From Pyrodictiaceae archaeon (GTDB lineage Archaea > Thermoproteota > Thermoprotei_A > Sulfolobales > Pyrodictiaceae): DNA of 64,000 nucleotides. Within the stretch, counting starts at the first letter, position 1. The number at the start of each line of letters is the position of its first letter. The translations under genes were made by a program, and so were the position numbers. This document shows positions 37,575 to 50,214 of the stretch, in pieces. The notes below the pieces were generated by a model. It searched no databases. It saw only the letters and a list, made by a program, of their open reading frames with translations, and was not told the origin of the DNA. Location: NCBI GenBank assembly GCA_027036135.1, contig JALVSY010000030.1, positions 96,001-160,000 of the forward strand, read 5' to 3'.

Positions 37575-40500
37575 TTGGGCAATACAATGCAGCTAAGGAG
37601 TAGAGGTATTATAATACTTTTGGGCATGACGAGTATAGTCTTTACCCTCTTGTACTCAGTACACATAGCAACTGCGTATACTGCACCTCGATGGAAATGG
37701 GTATACATACCAACATGCGGGGAGAACGAGACTAAGATAGGTATACGCTCGTATATAACTCCATTGCCCTATCCCGGGACGATGAATAATCAATTAATCA
37801 TAGAATTTCTAAATCCCGATAACGCCCAGTACAACATAACGCTTCACGTGTATCTTCCTTTAGGCTGGTTGCCAAGAACAACTAATAGGACAATAACCCT
37901 GATGCATGGGGTCACGGAGCTAGTTATACCAGGGCTATATGTACCTGAGGATACCCGGCCAGGCGAATATCAGCTAGGAATAGTCGTAGAGCGAGTCTGT
38001 AGTCAAGGCTCAGCTTGGAGGACTCTGTATGTTCCGGTCACGGTGTATCCGAAGCCGTTTCAAAGAATTAGGCTAGTCAATGCATCATGGAGTGATGGCT
38101 ACGCTTACCCAGGGCTACACGGAGAAACACTCGTGGTCAAGCTACGAAACGAGGGACCTTTCACAATAGTAAGTTATACGGCTACGATTCATCTCCCTGA
38201 GGGCATGTATGTATCAGGAACTAATCTAACAAGCTATACAATAAGAAGAACTGGTATTGAAATAAGGCCAGGAGACCTACTAGAGCTCAGAATACCGGTT
38301 GACATAGCAACTAGCATGGTACCCGGCACCGAGACCGTACAGCTCACACTAAACTCAACAATAGAGTACAATGGGGCATTACTACAAGAAAGCTTCTTAA
38401 TAAACATCAATGCAAAAATTAGCCGGATCCCATTATTATCATACAAGGTAATCGAAAAAGGCTGGGTTACTGGGGCTGCATTTCCTGGCGAGAAAGGGGC
38501 GGAAATGGTTCTTCGGGTCATAAACATGGACAAGTTCACCGCGACGAACGCGTATGTAACAATTAGGTTGCCGAAAGGAATGACAATAAATAATAAATCA
38601 GTACAAACAATAGTTCTCAGTAACATTGCAATAGGATACGGAAACGTACTCAACATACAAGCAAGAGTGAACATAAATAACGACCTAGAACCAGGAACAT
38701 ATTACGCGACAATTAATGCACTACTATACGGCAATGAGCCCAGCGGGGCGCGTGGTCTCCGAAGAATAGAGATCAAAGTACCACTACTAGTTTTACCAAA
38801 AACGAGTATTGATCTTAGGCTTATTAGTATCGAATGGAGTGATCACTATGCTTACCCTGGCGAGATAAATGCTGAGCTAAGCATCCTTTTGAGAAGCATG
38901 ACGAAGGCTACCATTAGTAATCTTGTCTTTAATTTGTCTATTCCAGCGCTAAATGTAACAAGAATAATCACGCCTAACCAGAGACTTGGTTTCGGCGACC
39001 TCTTAAGAATAAATACTCGCTTGACAATACCGACTAGCATTAAGCCCGAGAACTACCAAGTAATAATATCTGTAAGTGGCATAGTTAATCTAGATAACCA
39101 AGAATACATAGGTTTCACAAATATACTGAGCAAGTTAGCGATACGTAAACCGCCCAATGACTCGATCAAGATCCTGGGGACACGGTGGGAGAGCATAGTA
39201 ATTGGTAACGAGTCTTTTGCAGCTAGGCCCCAGGTGCTCATAGAGTACTGGGGTAAAGACAGAATTCGTTCACTCATTATAATGGTGACCAATGTTACTA
39301 ACGCAAAACTACGTGGCGATGTGACAAGCGAAGTAGTGACCTACAACACTATTCTAGAACCGGGAACTACTGAGTGGATTAACCTACCAATGCTTAACAT
39401 AACTGATGCAGAGAAGCCAGTCTCGCTTAGGCTAAGCATAATTGCAATAGCAACCACGCCCTCCGGAGGCACTTATAATTTAAGCATAACTCGTAAGATA
39501 GAGCTGCCAGTAGCTCTGGAGAAAGACGTGCTTAGAATAGCTAGTATAGAGTACGTTACTAAGCACTTGCTTCCGGGAGCCAGGAATGCTGAAATAGCAC
39601 TAAGGATCGCGAACACGGCTCCAGAGCCCATCTATATACTAGGCATTAAGCCGCTTGTGCACGGAATAAATGCCAGTATTGCTCAGAATAGCTGTACTAC
39701 GCCGCTACCTCCGGGACAAGCATGCACACTTACGTTGAGCCTCTCCATACCAAATAGCACCAAGCCAGGCAAGTATAAACTAAGTCTAATTATATGGTAT
39801 AGCTACCAGCGAGACAACACCGTTAGGACATCGTACCAGCTCCTAACCACAAATATAAGCATAGAGGATATTGAAAAATATGAGCCAAGCATACTCGTAC
39901 AAGCCTATTGGTCACCAGCACCAGGCGCTGAGCCTATTCCCGTCTTACCAGGAGACACTGCACCGCTTCAACTAGTCATCTATAACATGGGGCCGACTGA
40001 CGTAAAGGGTCTATATGTTGTGCTAAACGCTAAGAATATTGGTAGGGTGCGCTCAATCAGCCAGCCATGTAGCCTCATACCAGCTGGCTCTAGCTGTACA
40101 ATAACCGCTTACCTGGAAATTAATAAGAATCTTAGCCCTGGCACGTATCCCCTAGGAGTTAATGTATCCTACATATTCAATGACTACACAGTATACAAGG
40201 TCATAAGAAAGCAATACAGTATTAGTGTACGCGTGAATAGCGACAGTGATGCGATAAGGATTGTATATCCCTACTGGCTTACCCCACCCAGGCCTGGTAC
40301 ACGAAGCGCCGAACTAGCACTGTACATAGTAGCTGATCCACGCCTTGTAGAAAAAATATCGTCATTAAGCATAACACTGCCAAGAGCCCTATTCAATCCA
40401 GAAAACAACACCACCACCGTCATCGCAATGCCAGCAAGCTCTATGCTTACAAATACTCAGATGAGCCAACTACGCCGAATCGGGACACAAGTACTTCAAT

Positions 40501-41465
40501 CAATAATGCCTAAGGCGTTGACGCTCACTAGCCCCCAGATCTATATCGCAAAAGTCGGTATAAGGAAACACGTTGAGGGCGTATATAGAGCCGAAGTTGC
40601 TATTTACTGGGTAGATCATCTTGGTGTATTAAGAGAATCAACGTATACCGTCAATCTACCAATAATTGGTGGGACCCCCTATATAGAGGTACATCTCCCT
40701 GCTACCGCGTGGCTGAAGGGAGGCATAGCTAATCTAAGCATAAGTCTCACTAATACCGGGAATGCACCAATCTATAATGTCTATGTATCCCTCATTCCCG
40801 CTTCATACACGGCTTATCCAAGTAGATCAACAATATATATACCAGAAATGATGCCGAACCATATATACAATATAACTTATCGATTGAACTATAATCCTGC
40901 ATCTTTCGGTCAACAATCATCATATACATTTAGCGGAATCCTAGCAATACTCTATGAGACGCCAACCGGTCTACACCAATTCTTTAACACAACTATATCA
41001 GTAGTACTTAGGCCAGCAATAGAGCTAGAGCTTGGCTCGTTAAAGGCGAGTTGGCGAAACGGTAGCCTAGTTATTGAAGGAGTTATAGCCAATATCGGCG
41101 TAGAGCAGGCCAAGACGGTAAGCATAAGAGTAATTGCCGCGAATGCGAGCACGACGACACTTATAGGCGATATAGATGCTGGCAGCGAGGCTCCCTTCAG
41201 AGTAGTTATGCAGGCGCCATTTACGAAGAGCGTTAAACTAGAGCTTATCTATCACGATGCTTACGGCGCTAACTATAGTATTGTAAAAACTTTGAGTGTC
41301 GCGAAAGAGGAGGCTAAGATGAGCATAAAGACAAGCGCTAAGAGAGGAGGGCTACTAGGAACCCTTAAGGCTATTACAATCGTGCTTGTACTTGCTGCAG
41401 TTCTCTCTGTTCTTTACCTCTATAAAAGGACTAGGCAAAGCAGTATAGAGAGTGAGGCTGCTTGA
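37575..41465 (+). CDS. Large COG1361-like (S-layer/Ig-like repeat) membrane-anchored protein
   Basis: Signal peptide, repeated W....(A)YPG...N.G...PG.Y beta modules, C-terminal TM; flanked by ABC ATPase and permease. Confidence 0.8.
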   Translation: MGNTMQLRSRGIIILLGMTSIVFTLLYSVHIATAYTAPRWKWVYIPTCGENETKIGIRSYITPLPYPGTMNNQLIIEFLNPDNAQYNITLHVYLPLGWLPRTTNRTITLMHGVTELVIPGLYVPEDTRPGEYQLGIVVERVCSQGSAWRTLYVPVTVYPKPFQRIRLVNASWSDGYAYPGLHGETLVVKLRNEGPFTIVSYTATIHLPEGMYVSGTNLTSYTIRRTGIEIRPGDLLELRIPVDIATSMVPGTETVQLTLNSTIEYNGALLQESFLININAKISRIPLLSYKVIEKGWVTGAAFPGEKGAEMVLRVINMDKFTATNAYVTIRLPKGMTINNKSVQTIVLSNIAIGYGNVLNIQARVNINNDLEPGTYYATINALLYGNEPSGARGLRRIEIKVPLLVLPKTSIDLRLISIEWSDHYAYPGEINAELSILLRSMTKATISNLVFNLSIPALNVTRIITPNQRLGFGDLLRINTRLTIPTSIKPENYQVIISVSGIVNLDNQEYIGFTNILSKLAIRKPPNDSIKILGTRWESIVIGNESFAARPQVLIEYWGKDRIRSLIIMVTNVTNAKLRGDVTSEVVTYNTILEPGTTEWINLPMLNITDAEKPVSLRLSIIAIATTPSGGTYNLSITRKIELPVALEKDVLRIASIEYVTKHLLPGARNAEIALRIANTAPEPIYILGIKPLVHGINASIAQNSCTTPLPPGQACTLTLSLSIPNSTKPGKYKLSLIIWYSYQRDNTVRTSYQLLTTNISIEDIEKYEPSILVQAYWSPAPGAEPIPVLPGDTAPLQLVIYNMGPTDVKGLYVVLNAKNIGRVRSISQPCSLIPAGSSCTITAYLEINKNLSPGTYPLGVNVSYIFNDYTVYKVIRKQYSISVRVNSDSDAIRIVYPYWLTPPRPGTRSAELALYIVADPRLVEKISSLSITLPRALFNPENNTTTVIAMPASSMLTNTQMSQLRRIGTQVLQSIMPKALTLTSPQIYIAKVGIRKHVEGVYRAEVAIYWVDHLGVLRESTYTVNLPIIGGTPYIEVHLPATAWLKGGIANLSISLTNTGNAPIYNVYVSLIPASYTAYPSRSTIYIPEMMPNHIYNITYRLNYNPASFGQQSSYTFSGILAILYETPTGLHQFFNTTISVVLRPAIELELGSLKASWRNGSLVIEGVIANIGVEQAKTVSIRVIAANASTTTLIGDIDAGSEAPFRVVMQAPFTKSVKLELIYHDAYGANYSIVKTLSVAKEEAKMSIKTSAKRGGLLGTLKAITIVLVLAAVLSVLYLYKRTRQSSIESEAA

Positions 41466-42679
41466 GGGCTTCTGAGATAATTGACTTGGTAAGACTAGCT
41501 ATACGTGTACTTAGTGAGAAAAAGACGAGAAGCATATTAACAATAATAGGGATAGCGATAGGACCTACTGCTTTAGTCGCTATACTTGGCGTCGTTGAGG
41601 GATATTCTAGCTACGTTATTAACCAGATCCAGGGGCTTGGCCAGGATTTCATAATTATTATTCCGCATGCCGGGTATACACTAACACAAAGCGACGTGGA
41701 AATGATAAAGGCTATGCCTGAAGTTAAGTACGTCACACCATTCTATAGTGCACGGGTAAAAATACTACGTGGTGGAAAATACATAGATGCCACGGCTTAC
41801 GCAGTCAACCTAAATGTGTTCTTCCATGCACTCAGGAAGCTCAGAATTGAGGAGGGAGAAATACCAGCGCCAAGCGACTTTATAGGCGCTGTTGTCGGCA
41901 AATTCATAGCCTTTGACGAAAAAGGTACACAGTACTACTCCATAGGTGATGTAATAACTCTCAAGTACTATGTGATAAGAGGGGGAAGGATCACTACAAA
42001 GACGGTTAATGTCATTATACGTGGTATTTTAGCTGAGTTCGGCAACGCGTTCTTCGTTAACCCGGATACAACTGTTTTCTTGCCTCTGGCTGCTGGCAGG
42101 AGACTCTTCGGTTTTACTAAGTGGAGTGGCTTAATCATAATAGTGAAAAAACCCATCTACGTTGAAGAAGTAACTAACAAGCTTAGAAACATCTATGGAG
42201 AAAGAGCGGCCGTGATCTCATTAATAGAAATCGCCCATGTGGTTTCGTCCATAACTGCTGCCATGAAGTTCGTTACGACTGCTGCTGGTAGCGCTGCTTT
42301 CATAGTAGCTGTTACCGGTATCGCGGCCTCTATGATAACATCGGTTATGGAGCGCACACGTGAAATAGGCGTGATGAAGGCAATAGGGTTCACTAATACA
42401 GAGATAATGGTATCAATGATGATGGAATCGCTTGTAATGAGCATCATAGGCGCTTCGATAGGCCTGATCCTCGGTACTGCTGGGGCATATCTGCTTGCAA
42501 GGCAGGGAATGACTATCCACGGAGCAGAGGCATTCGTTATAAGGGCTCCGCCGAAGATAACTCCAATGCTCCTAGGAGGCTCTTTCCTCGTCACAATAGT
42601 CGTTGGCGCCATTGGTGGTCTGATACCAGCATATCAAGCTGCTAGGATTCCTCCTGCCGTCGCACTCAGATATGAGTAA
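41462..42679 (+). CDS. MacB/FtsX-family ABC permease
   Basis: RSILTIIGIAIG, SVMERTREIGVMKAIG, PAYQAARIPP..ALRYE. Confidence 0.95.
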   Translation: MRASEIIDLVRLAIRVLSEKKTRSILTIIGIAIGPTALVAILGVVEGYSSYVINQIQGLGQDFIIIIPHAGYTLTQSDVEMIKAMPEVKYVTPFYSARVKILRGGKYIDATAYAVNLNVFFHALRKLRIEEGEIPAPSDFIGAVVGKFIAFDEKGTQYYSIGDVITLKYYVIRGGRITTKTVNVIIRGILAEFGNAFFVNPDTTVFLPLAAGRRLFGFTKWSGLIIIVKKPIYVEEVTNKLRNIYGERAAVISLIEIAHVVSSITAAMKFVTTAAGSAAFIVAVTGIAASMITSVMERTREIGVMKAIGFTNTEIMVSMMMESLVMSIIGASIGLILGTAGAYLLARQGMTIHGAEAFVIRAPPKITPMLLGGSFLVTIVVGAIGGLIPAYQAARIPPAVALRYE

Positions 42680-42746
42680 ATCTCTATGACACTATTTTAG
42701 TTCTTGACATATTCCCTCCTAAGCATAGAAGGGGGCCAGAGACCAA

Positions 42747-43061
42747 ATGAGTAGGGAGTATCGAGGGAAAAGAATAGTACTATGGCCCATTAATATCGAC
42801 TCAACCGCGTCTAGATCGGAGGGGCGCAAGATCCCGTTACGCGATGCTGTGCGTAAACCACGAGCCGAGGAAATAGTTGAAGCCGCTCAGAGACTCGGCC
42901 TAAACCCTGTCACGGAGAAGACGAGGTATCCGCGTAGATGGTGGGAGCAGACTACTCGCATAACAGTTGACAAGGCTGGCTCAAAGCTCGAAACCCTTAA
43001 GATAATAGCCAGGGAGGTCAAGAAGATCCGCAAGGAAAAGAAGCTACATAGAACCAGCTAG
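42747..43061 (+). CDS. srp19: Signal recognition particle protein SRP19
   Basis: LWP.NIDS..SRSEGRKIP, YPRRWW, K...LK.IA. Confidence 0.93.
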   Translation: MSREYRGKRIVLWPINIDSTASRSEGRKIPLRDAVRKPRAEEIVEAAQRLGLNPVTEKTRYPRRWWEQTTRITVDKAGSKLETLKIIAREVKKIRKEKKLHRTS

Positions 43062-43163
43062 TTTAGATATTTGTTCGCCGCGGGGAAACCACTATTACTC
43101 CAAACAGCGTCCTATGCCCTATCATGGAACCTTCTCCTCACTACTCCTTCGAGGTGACCCTAT

Positions 43164-45796
<2,633 letters not shown>

Positions 45797-45841
45797 TAAC
45801 AATACCACAAGAGGGTTTACGCCGCCAAGGGGGCGGAGGCC

Positions 45842-46150
45842 ATGCCTGGGACTAATCATAGCAGAAGATACTGGCTTCTTGCACGCCCGGGAATACTAAG
45901 AATACTCGCAATACTCTACGAGAATGGCTCAATGCCTCTTCACCATATACCACGCTATGGGATGGGAGTTGGGACGACCTATAGGAGTGCTAGAGAAGCC
46001 GCTATGCTTGGACTAATAAACTTATATCATTGCGGTAATAGTAAGTGTGCTAAGCTCACACCAGATGGCGAGAAGGTGGCTAAGAAGCTAAAGGAACTAC
46101 TCGACGTGCTTGAGGAGCTTAAGCTCATAGAGCCTAAGCCGACACAGTGA
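45842..46150 (+). CDS. Winged-helix domain protein
   Basis: LRILAILYE...TTYR...KLTPDGEKVA pattern. Confidence 0.7.
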   Translation: MPGTNHSRRYWLLARPGILRILAILYENGSMPLHHIPRYGMGVGTTYRSAREAAMLGLINLYHCGNSKCAKLTPDGEKVAKKLKELLDVLEELKLIEPKPTQ

Positions 46151-46210
46151 GAGCCCTAGTGCATATCATGCGTAAGGGATATCAATTACGTTCCTTCTAT
46201 CCTGTTCTCT

Positions 46211-46272
46211 GGGCCGTTGAGGAGCTGTCGCCCACACCGATCGATGCGGATGTCAGCCTGGCCCTGAGGCCC
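46211..46272 (+). ncRNA. Box C/D sRNA, both guides fit adjacent 16S sites; antisense to the fur 3' end
   Basis: GGGCC/GGCCC stem, C TTGAGGA, D' CCGA, C' ATGCGGA, D CTGA. Guides GCTGTCGCCC and GTCAGCCTGGCC are complementary to 16S GGGCGACAGC and GGCCAGGCUGAC. Confidence 0.88.
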
Positions 46273-46708
46273 CGCACTCTACATAGAGTATCATATTTCG
46301 TATCCTTGCCTTGCCTAGCTTTGATGAAAGCTTTTCTTTTATAATATTTACAACCTCCTCGTCGTCCAGGTCGAAGGCCTTACCAGTATCTATACAGACT
46401 ACATTAATATGGTCATGTATATCGTCGTAACGAGTCTCGCCAGCCACATCAAAGCTCTTTATTAAGCCTAGTTGCTCAAGGAGCTGTAAATTGTTATACA
46501 CAGTACTTGGACTTATACCTGGCATCGAGGAACGTACCTTTTCCAATATCTGCATAAAACTTGGATGATCCTTTATGTTCTCAAAGACAATCTTAGCTAT
46601 AGCCAGTCTCTGAGCAGTTATTCTGAGCCCTCTACGCCTAAGCTCCATAACGAGTTTCGTGAGCTTCTCGTCAACATTGCCTTGTTCCAACAAGGACACC
46701 CGCAACAA
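46253..46708 (-). CDS. Fur/PerR-family regulator
   Basis: GLRITAQR, HPS, STVYNNL, RYD...HINVVC. Confidence 0.92.
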   Translation of the reverse strand: MLRVSLLEQGNVDEKLTKLVMELRRRGLRITAQRLAIAKIVFENIKDHPSFMQILEKVRSSMPGISPSTVYNNLQLLEQLGLIKSFDVAGETRYDDIHDHINVVCIDTGKAFDLDDEEVVNIIKEKLSSKLGKARIRNMILYVECGASGPG

Positions 46709-46842
46709 GTTCTACCAAGTACCAGTTATGGTTTTGAACCTTGTATAAATTTTTCGGGAAACAACACAACCGGCAAAGAGTCATCGGCTAAAGGAATTAT
46801 CCTCATAGCCCATGGTGGGCTCTGGCTGGGGAGTACTCCTCA

Positions 46843-48213
46843 TCAATTACTGGGCTCGGCTTTCCTAACTATAAGTATGCTTCCATCCTTGTCTAGAACT
46901 ATTATATGGTCGCCCTTCTTTATTGGCTCGTCTCCCTTGTTAATTGCCTGCCAGTACTCGCCCTCAACCATTACAAAGCCAGTGCCTCCGACCGGGATAT
47001 CATCTATGGCCCTTCCACGTTTACCGATGACGCTAGGCGTGTAAACGGGTTTCATTCTCCATGCACGCACAGCCTTATAAATAACTATTGATGCTAAGCC
47101 GCTAAGAGGAAGTATTATTGCTAGAAGCGTATAGAATGCTGCACGCATAGCGCTACCTGCTATATAGACGGGCTTACTAGTAAACATCATAAAGGCTCCA
47201 ATGATTAAAAGTATTATACCAGTTATGCCGACAACGCCGAAGCCAGGTATAATAAAGAGCTCGATAAACAACATTACGAGCCCAGTGAGCAGAACCACTA
47301 CCGCTAATATACTCGTGCTAAAGCCATAGCTGAAGAAGCCCAAGATTATTAGCGCTAATGCGAGACTCACAAACGCCAAGTGATGAGTAGCCAAAGCCAA
47401 TAAGAGAATTATGAATCCAAGGCTTGTAAGCAGCGAGCCTATGAAGGGGTCTGATAACCAGTGCGCTAGCTTAAGCCCTGCTGGCATCTCGTAATAAATC
47501 AGCCTAACACTGTGAAGTACTATTACTTGCTCTCTGCCAAACATGTACACCGTCGAGCCATTAACCTTTGCAAGCAAATCACCTAGGTTAGTTGCAATAG
47601 CCTCTATTACATGGTACTTCTTTGCCTCCTCGGCATCAAGCACGAGGTTGTGATACACAAACGCCCTTGCTACAGTAGCATTCCGGTGATGCATCTTCAT
47701 ACAAACCTCTATCTCCTTATATACAGGGTTAAGGATCTTAGACTCGTTAACAGGCACGTATTCTCCCAAAGGACTCATCATAACTGGCTGGACTGCACCA
47801 ATAATGGTGCCTGGCTGCATTGCCGCATAATGTGTACACATAAGTATCATCGTACCAGCACTAACAGCCCACCTATCAACTACGTATCCTACTACAGGTA
47901 TAGGACTTTCGCGAAGAGTGGTTATTATCTTCAGAGCTGCCTCAAGACTACCTCCCGGAGTATTAAGCTCAAGTACGACTATCTTTGCCCCAATACTCTC
48001 AGCATAACTAATTAGTTGCGACACGTAATCAGCCACTGAGTCATCTATTACACCATTGATTCTACCCACAACCACGTAATCTACCTGGTTCTGTGCATAA
48101 GCCAAGACAACAATAAGTTTCAGTATAGCTCCAAGTACCAATACTGTTAATACAACATAGCCTTCTAGACGCCTTGCACGCACCAGCAACATAAATGGCC
48201 TCGCTACTCCCAA
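46843..48213 (-). CDS. nfeD: NfeD family membrane-bound ClpP-class protease
   Basis: LNTPGG, AVSAG, IGA.QP, TM region with PGFG..G, C-terminal OB-fold GEYW.A. Confidence 0.92.
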   Translation of the reverse strand: MGVARPFMLLVRARRLEGYVVLTVLVLGAILKLIVVLAYAQNQVDYVVVGRINGVIDDSVADYVSQLISYAESIGAKIVVLELNTPGGSLEAALKIITTLRESPIPVVGYVVDRWAVSAGTMILMCTHYAAMQPGTIIGAVQPVMMSPLGEYVPVNESKILNPVYKEIEVCMKMHHRNATVARAFVYHNLVLDAEEAKKYHVIEAIATNLGDLLAKVNGSTVYMFGREQVIVLHSVRLIYYEMPAGLKLAHWLSDPFIGSLLTSLGFIILLLALATHHLAFVSLALALIILGFFSYGFSTSILAVVVLLTGLVMLFIELFIIPGFGVVGITGIILLIIGAFMMFTSKPVYIAGSAMRAAFYTLLAIILPLSGLASIVIYKAVRAWRMKPVYTPSVIGKRGRAIDDIPVGGTGFVMVEGEYWQAINKGDEPIKKGDHIIVLDKDGSILIVRKAEPSN

Positions 48214-48304
48214 TAACTCGTTACTTGTGTATCCAAGTATTAATATACTATATCAGAAATCCGATCAAATCTCCAATAGTTATGTGCACTATAAAGCTAT
48301 TCTC

Positions 48305-48541
48305 TTAACAAGTCTCAACACAAATAAAAATAATGAAAACAACGAGTGCAACGATGAGTAGGAATATAATTACCTTGACTAGCACGATTACAGCAAGATA
48401 CAGGATAGGGAAAACGATGCCAAATAGGATACTATACTTAATTATAGATGCTAGGTCCTCCTCCCGAGATAAGGCGTAAAGAACACCTATTACTATCCCA
48501 ATTATTGCTAGAAACGTTATCGGCCCTATGAACTACACCAT
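48305..48541 (-). pseudogene. Small multi-TM membrane protein with a stop at codon 3 (or an ATA start)
   Basis: ATG GTG TAG, then 75 open codons: FIGPITFLAIIGIVIGVLYALSREEDLASIIKYSILFGIVFPILYLAVIVLVKVIIFLLIVALVVFIIFICVETC. Confidence 0.5.
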
Positions 48542-48612
48542 ATCTAGAACCAAACCTACACGGGCTAGAATAAAACTATTTGTTAGAAAATTGTCACCCC
48601 TGCTATAGACGG

Positions 48613-48816
48613 CTACACGGTTACCCTCCTAGGCTCCCTTCTCGGCGCAAACTCAAAGCCAGTTGGATGCTCCGGTATCCCCCAGAGCTCTCTTTTTAGT
48701 AGTTCCCTTACAGCTATTCTTATTGCCTCACTCCTACTGCTATACCTACCCATTTTAACTAGCTCATCAAGGCCCTCTAAGTACGTCTCCGGCATCTTAA
48801 CAGTTACGAGTCTCAT
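48613..48816 (-). CDS. Ribbon-helix-helix (CopG) DNA-binding protein
   Basis: VTVKMP...LDELV..G.YSSRSEAIR.AVRELL. Confidence 0.92.
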   Translation of the reverse strand: MRLVTVKMPETYLEGLDELVKMGRYSSRSEAIRIAVRELLKRELWGIPEHPTGFEFAPRREPRRVTV

Positions 48817-48954
48817 CTAGCCCCACCGCTAGGTACCATTTTGCTGATTAGTAGAGGGTTTAAACCCGAGGATGCTGTGTTACTTCTTCCACTGCTTCTC
48901 GTAGAACATCTAGAGATAGTGAATAAGAAAGGCAGGCAAGTAGAAGCTAGGGCC

Positions 48955-49359
48955 CTAGTCTGGGAAGAAGGCAGGCTTTTCAGCAAGGTCTATTATCGGG
49001 ACTGCTATCCAGCCGGGCTTAGTCCCCTTCGAGACCTCAACATGTTCTCCCTGGTCATCTACTTTGACTAGTAAGTAGTTACCATCACCGAGCTGATCTG
49101 AATCAATGTAGTAGTAGAGCATTGGTAGGCCATAGAGCTTATAGTAGTCGCGTAGGACAGCTATTATCCCATATATTTTCTTTCCGTCGCTATTGTTATA
49201 GCGAACAAGGTATGCTGGCTGCCCCAGACTTATTATTGTTGCAGCTATTCTTGCAAGGTCGTGTATGCTTGAGACTCTTACAGGTACCAGTTTCTCGCTC
49301 TGTGGCTCAGACACGCCTAGCCCCCAGAAGGTAACGGGGAAGCAGTGATAATTAAGCAC
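48955..49359 (-). CDS. Conserved crenarchaeal hypothetical protein
   Basis: V.SIHDLAR...DYYKLYGLP..YY...PIIDL. Real start probably GTG at ~49314. Confidence 0.75.
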   Translation of the reverse strand: MLNYHCFPVTFWGLGVSEPQSEKLVPVRVSSIHDLARIAATIISLGQPAYLVRYNNSDGKKIYGIIAVLRDYYKLYGLPMLYYYIDSDQLGDGNYLLVKVDDQGEHVEVSKGTKPGWIAVPIIDLAEKPAFFPD

Positions 49360-49398
49360 TAAATATCATTAGCTTTAAGAGGGCTTCGTGTCATAGCT

Positions 49399-50214
49399 GT
49401 GCCTATGGGGCTTGGTTACATGTATTACGTGGTCATAGTTGGTCCAGCTGGTAGCGGTAAGTCTCATCTCGTTGATGCCTTGGGGGACTGGATGGAGTTT
49501 AACCAGCTAAGTGTCGCTAGGGTAAACCTTGATCCCGCAGCGGAGTGGATACCTTACGAGCCCGAGGTTGACGTAAGAGATTACGTCAGTACTCGAACAG
49601 TCATGGAGAAGTATAGGCTTGGTCCTAATGGCGCCTTGGTAGCCTCTATAGATATGTTAACCGAGCACTTGGATAAGATAAGGGAGGAAATCGAGGCAAC
49701 AAAAACGAACTATGTACTCATTGACACCCCTGGCCAGATGGAGCTATTCGCGTTCCGTGACACAGGGCCATACGTCCTCAAAGAAATAATCGGTGATAAC
49801 AGAGCCGTTGCTGTGTTTATTGTTGATGCAGTTTTCGCGTCAAATCCCAAGAGTCTTGCATCAAGCATATTCCTTGCAATGTCTACTAGACTTAGACTCG
49901 GACTCCCCCAGATTAATGCGGTAAGCAAGGCTGATCTACTACAACCGGAGAGAATGGAGGAAATAAACGAGGTTCTTAACAATCCTGACTCGCTTTACTC
50001 GGCACTCGTGTCAGCTGGGCTGGATCCGGGTCTCGCCGATGCTGCTGCACGGAGCCTTGAAGCCCTAATGCCAGAGGGGGATACAGCGCCAGCTGTTATT
50101 CGCTTCGTATCTGCTGTCTCGGGGTACGGTCTTGACGACCTCTATGCGGCTCTTCAACAAGTTCTAGCTGGAGGAGAGGACTTTTACACGGAGGAGCCTA
50201 ACCCAAGGCTATAA
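49399..50214 (+). CDS. GPN-loop GTPase
   Basis: GPAGSGKS, NLDPA, LGPNGAL, DTPGQME, SKAD. Confidence 0.95.
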   Translation: MPMGLGYMYYVVIVGPAGSGKSHLVDALGDWMEFNQLSVARVNLDPAAEWIPYEPEVDVRDYVSTRTVMEKYRLGPNGALVASIDMLTEHLDKIREEIEATKTNYVLIDTPGQMELFAFRDTGPYVLKEIIGDNRAVAVFIVDAVFASNPKSLASSIFLAMSTRLRLGLPQINAVSKADLLQPERMEEINEVLNNPDSLYSALVSAGLDPGLADAAARSLEALMPEGDTAPAVIRFVSAVSGYGLDDLYAALQQVLAGGEDFYTEEPNPRL

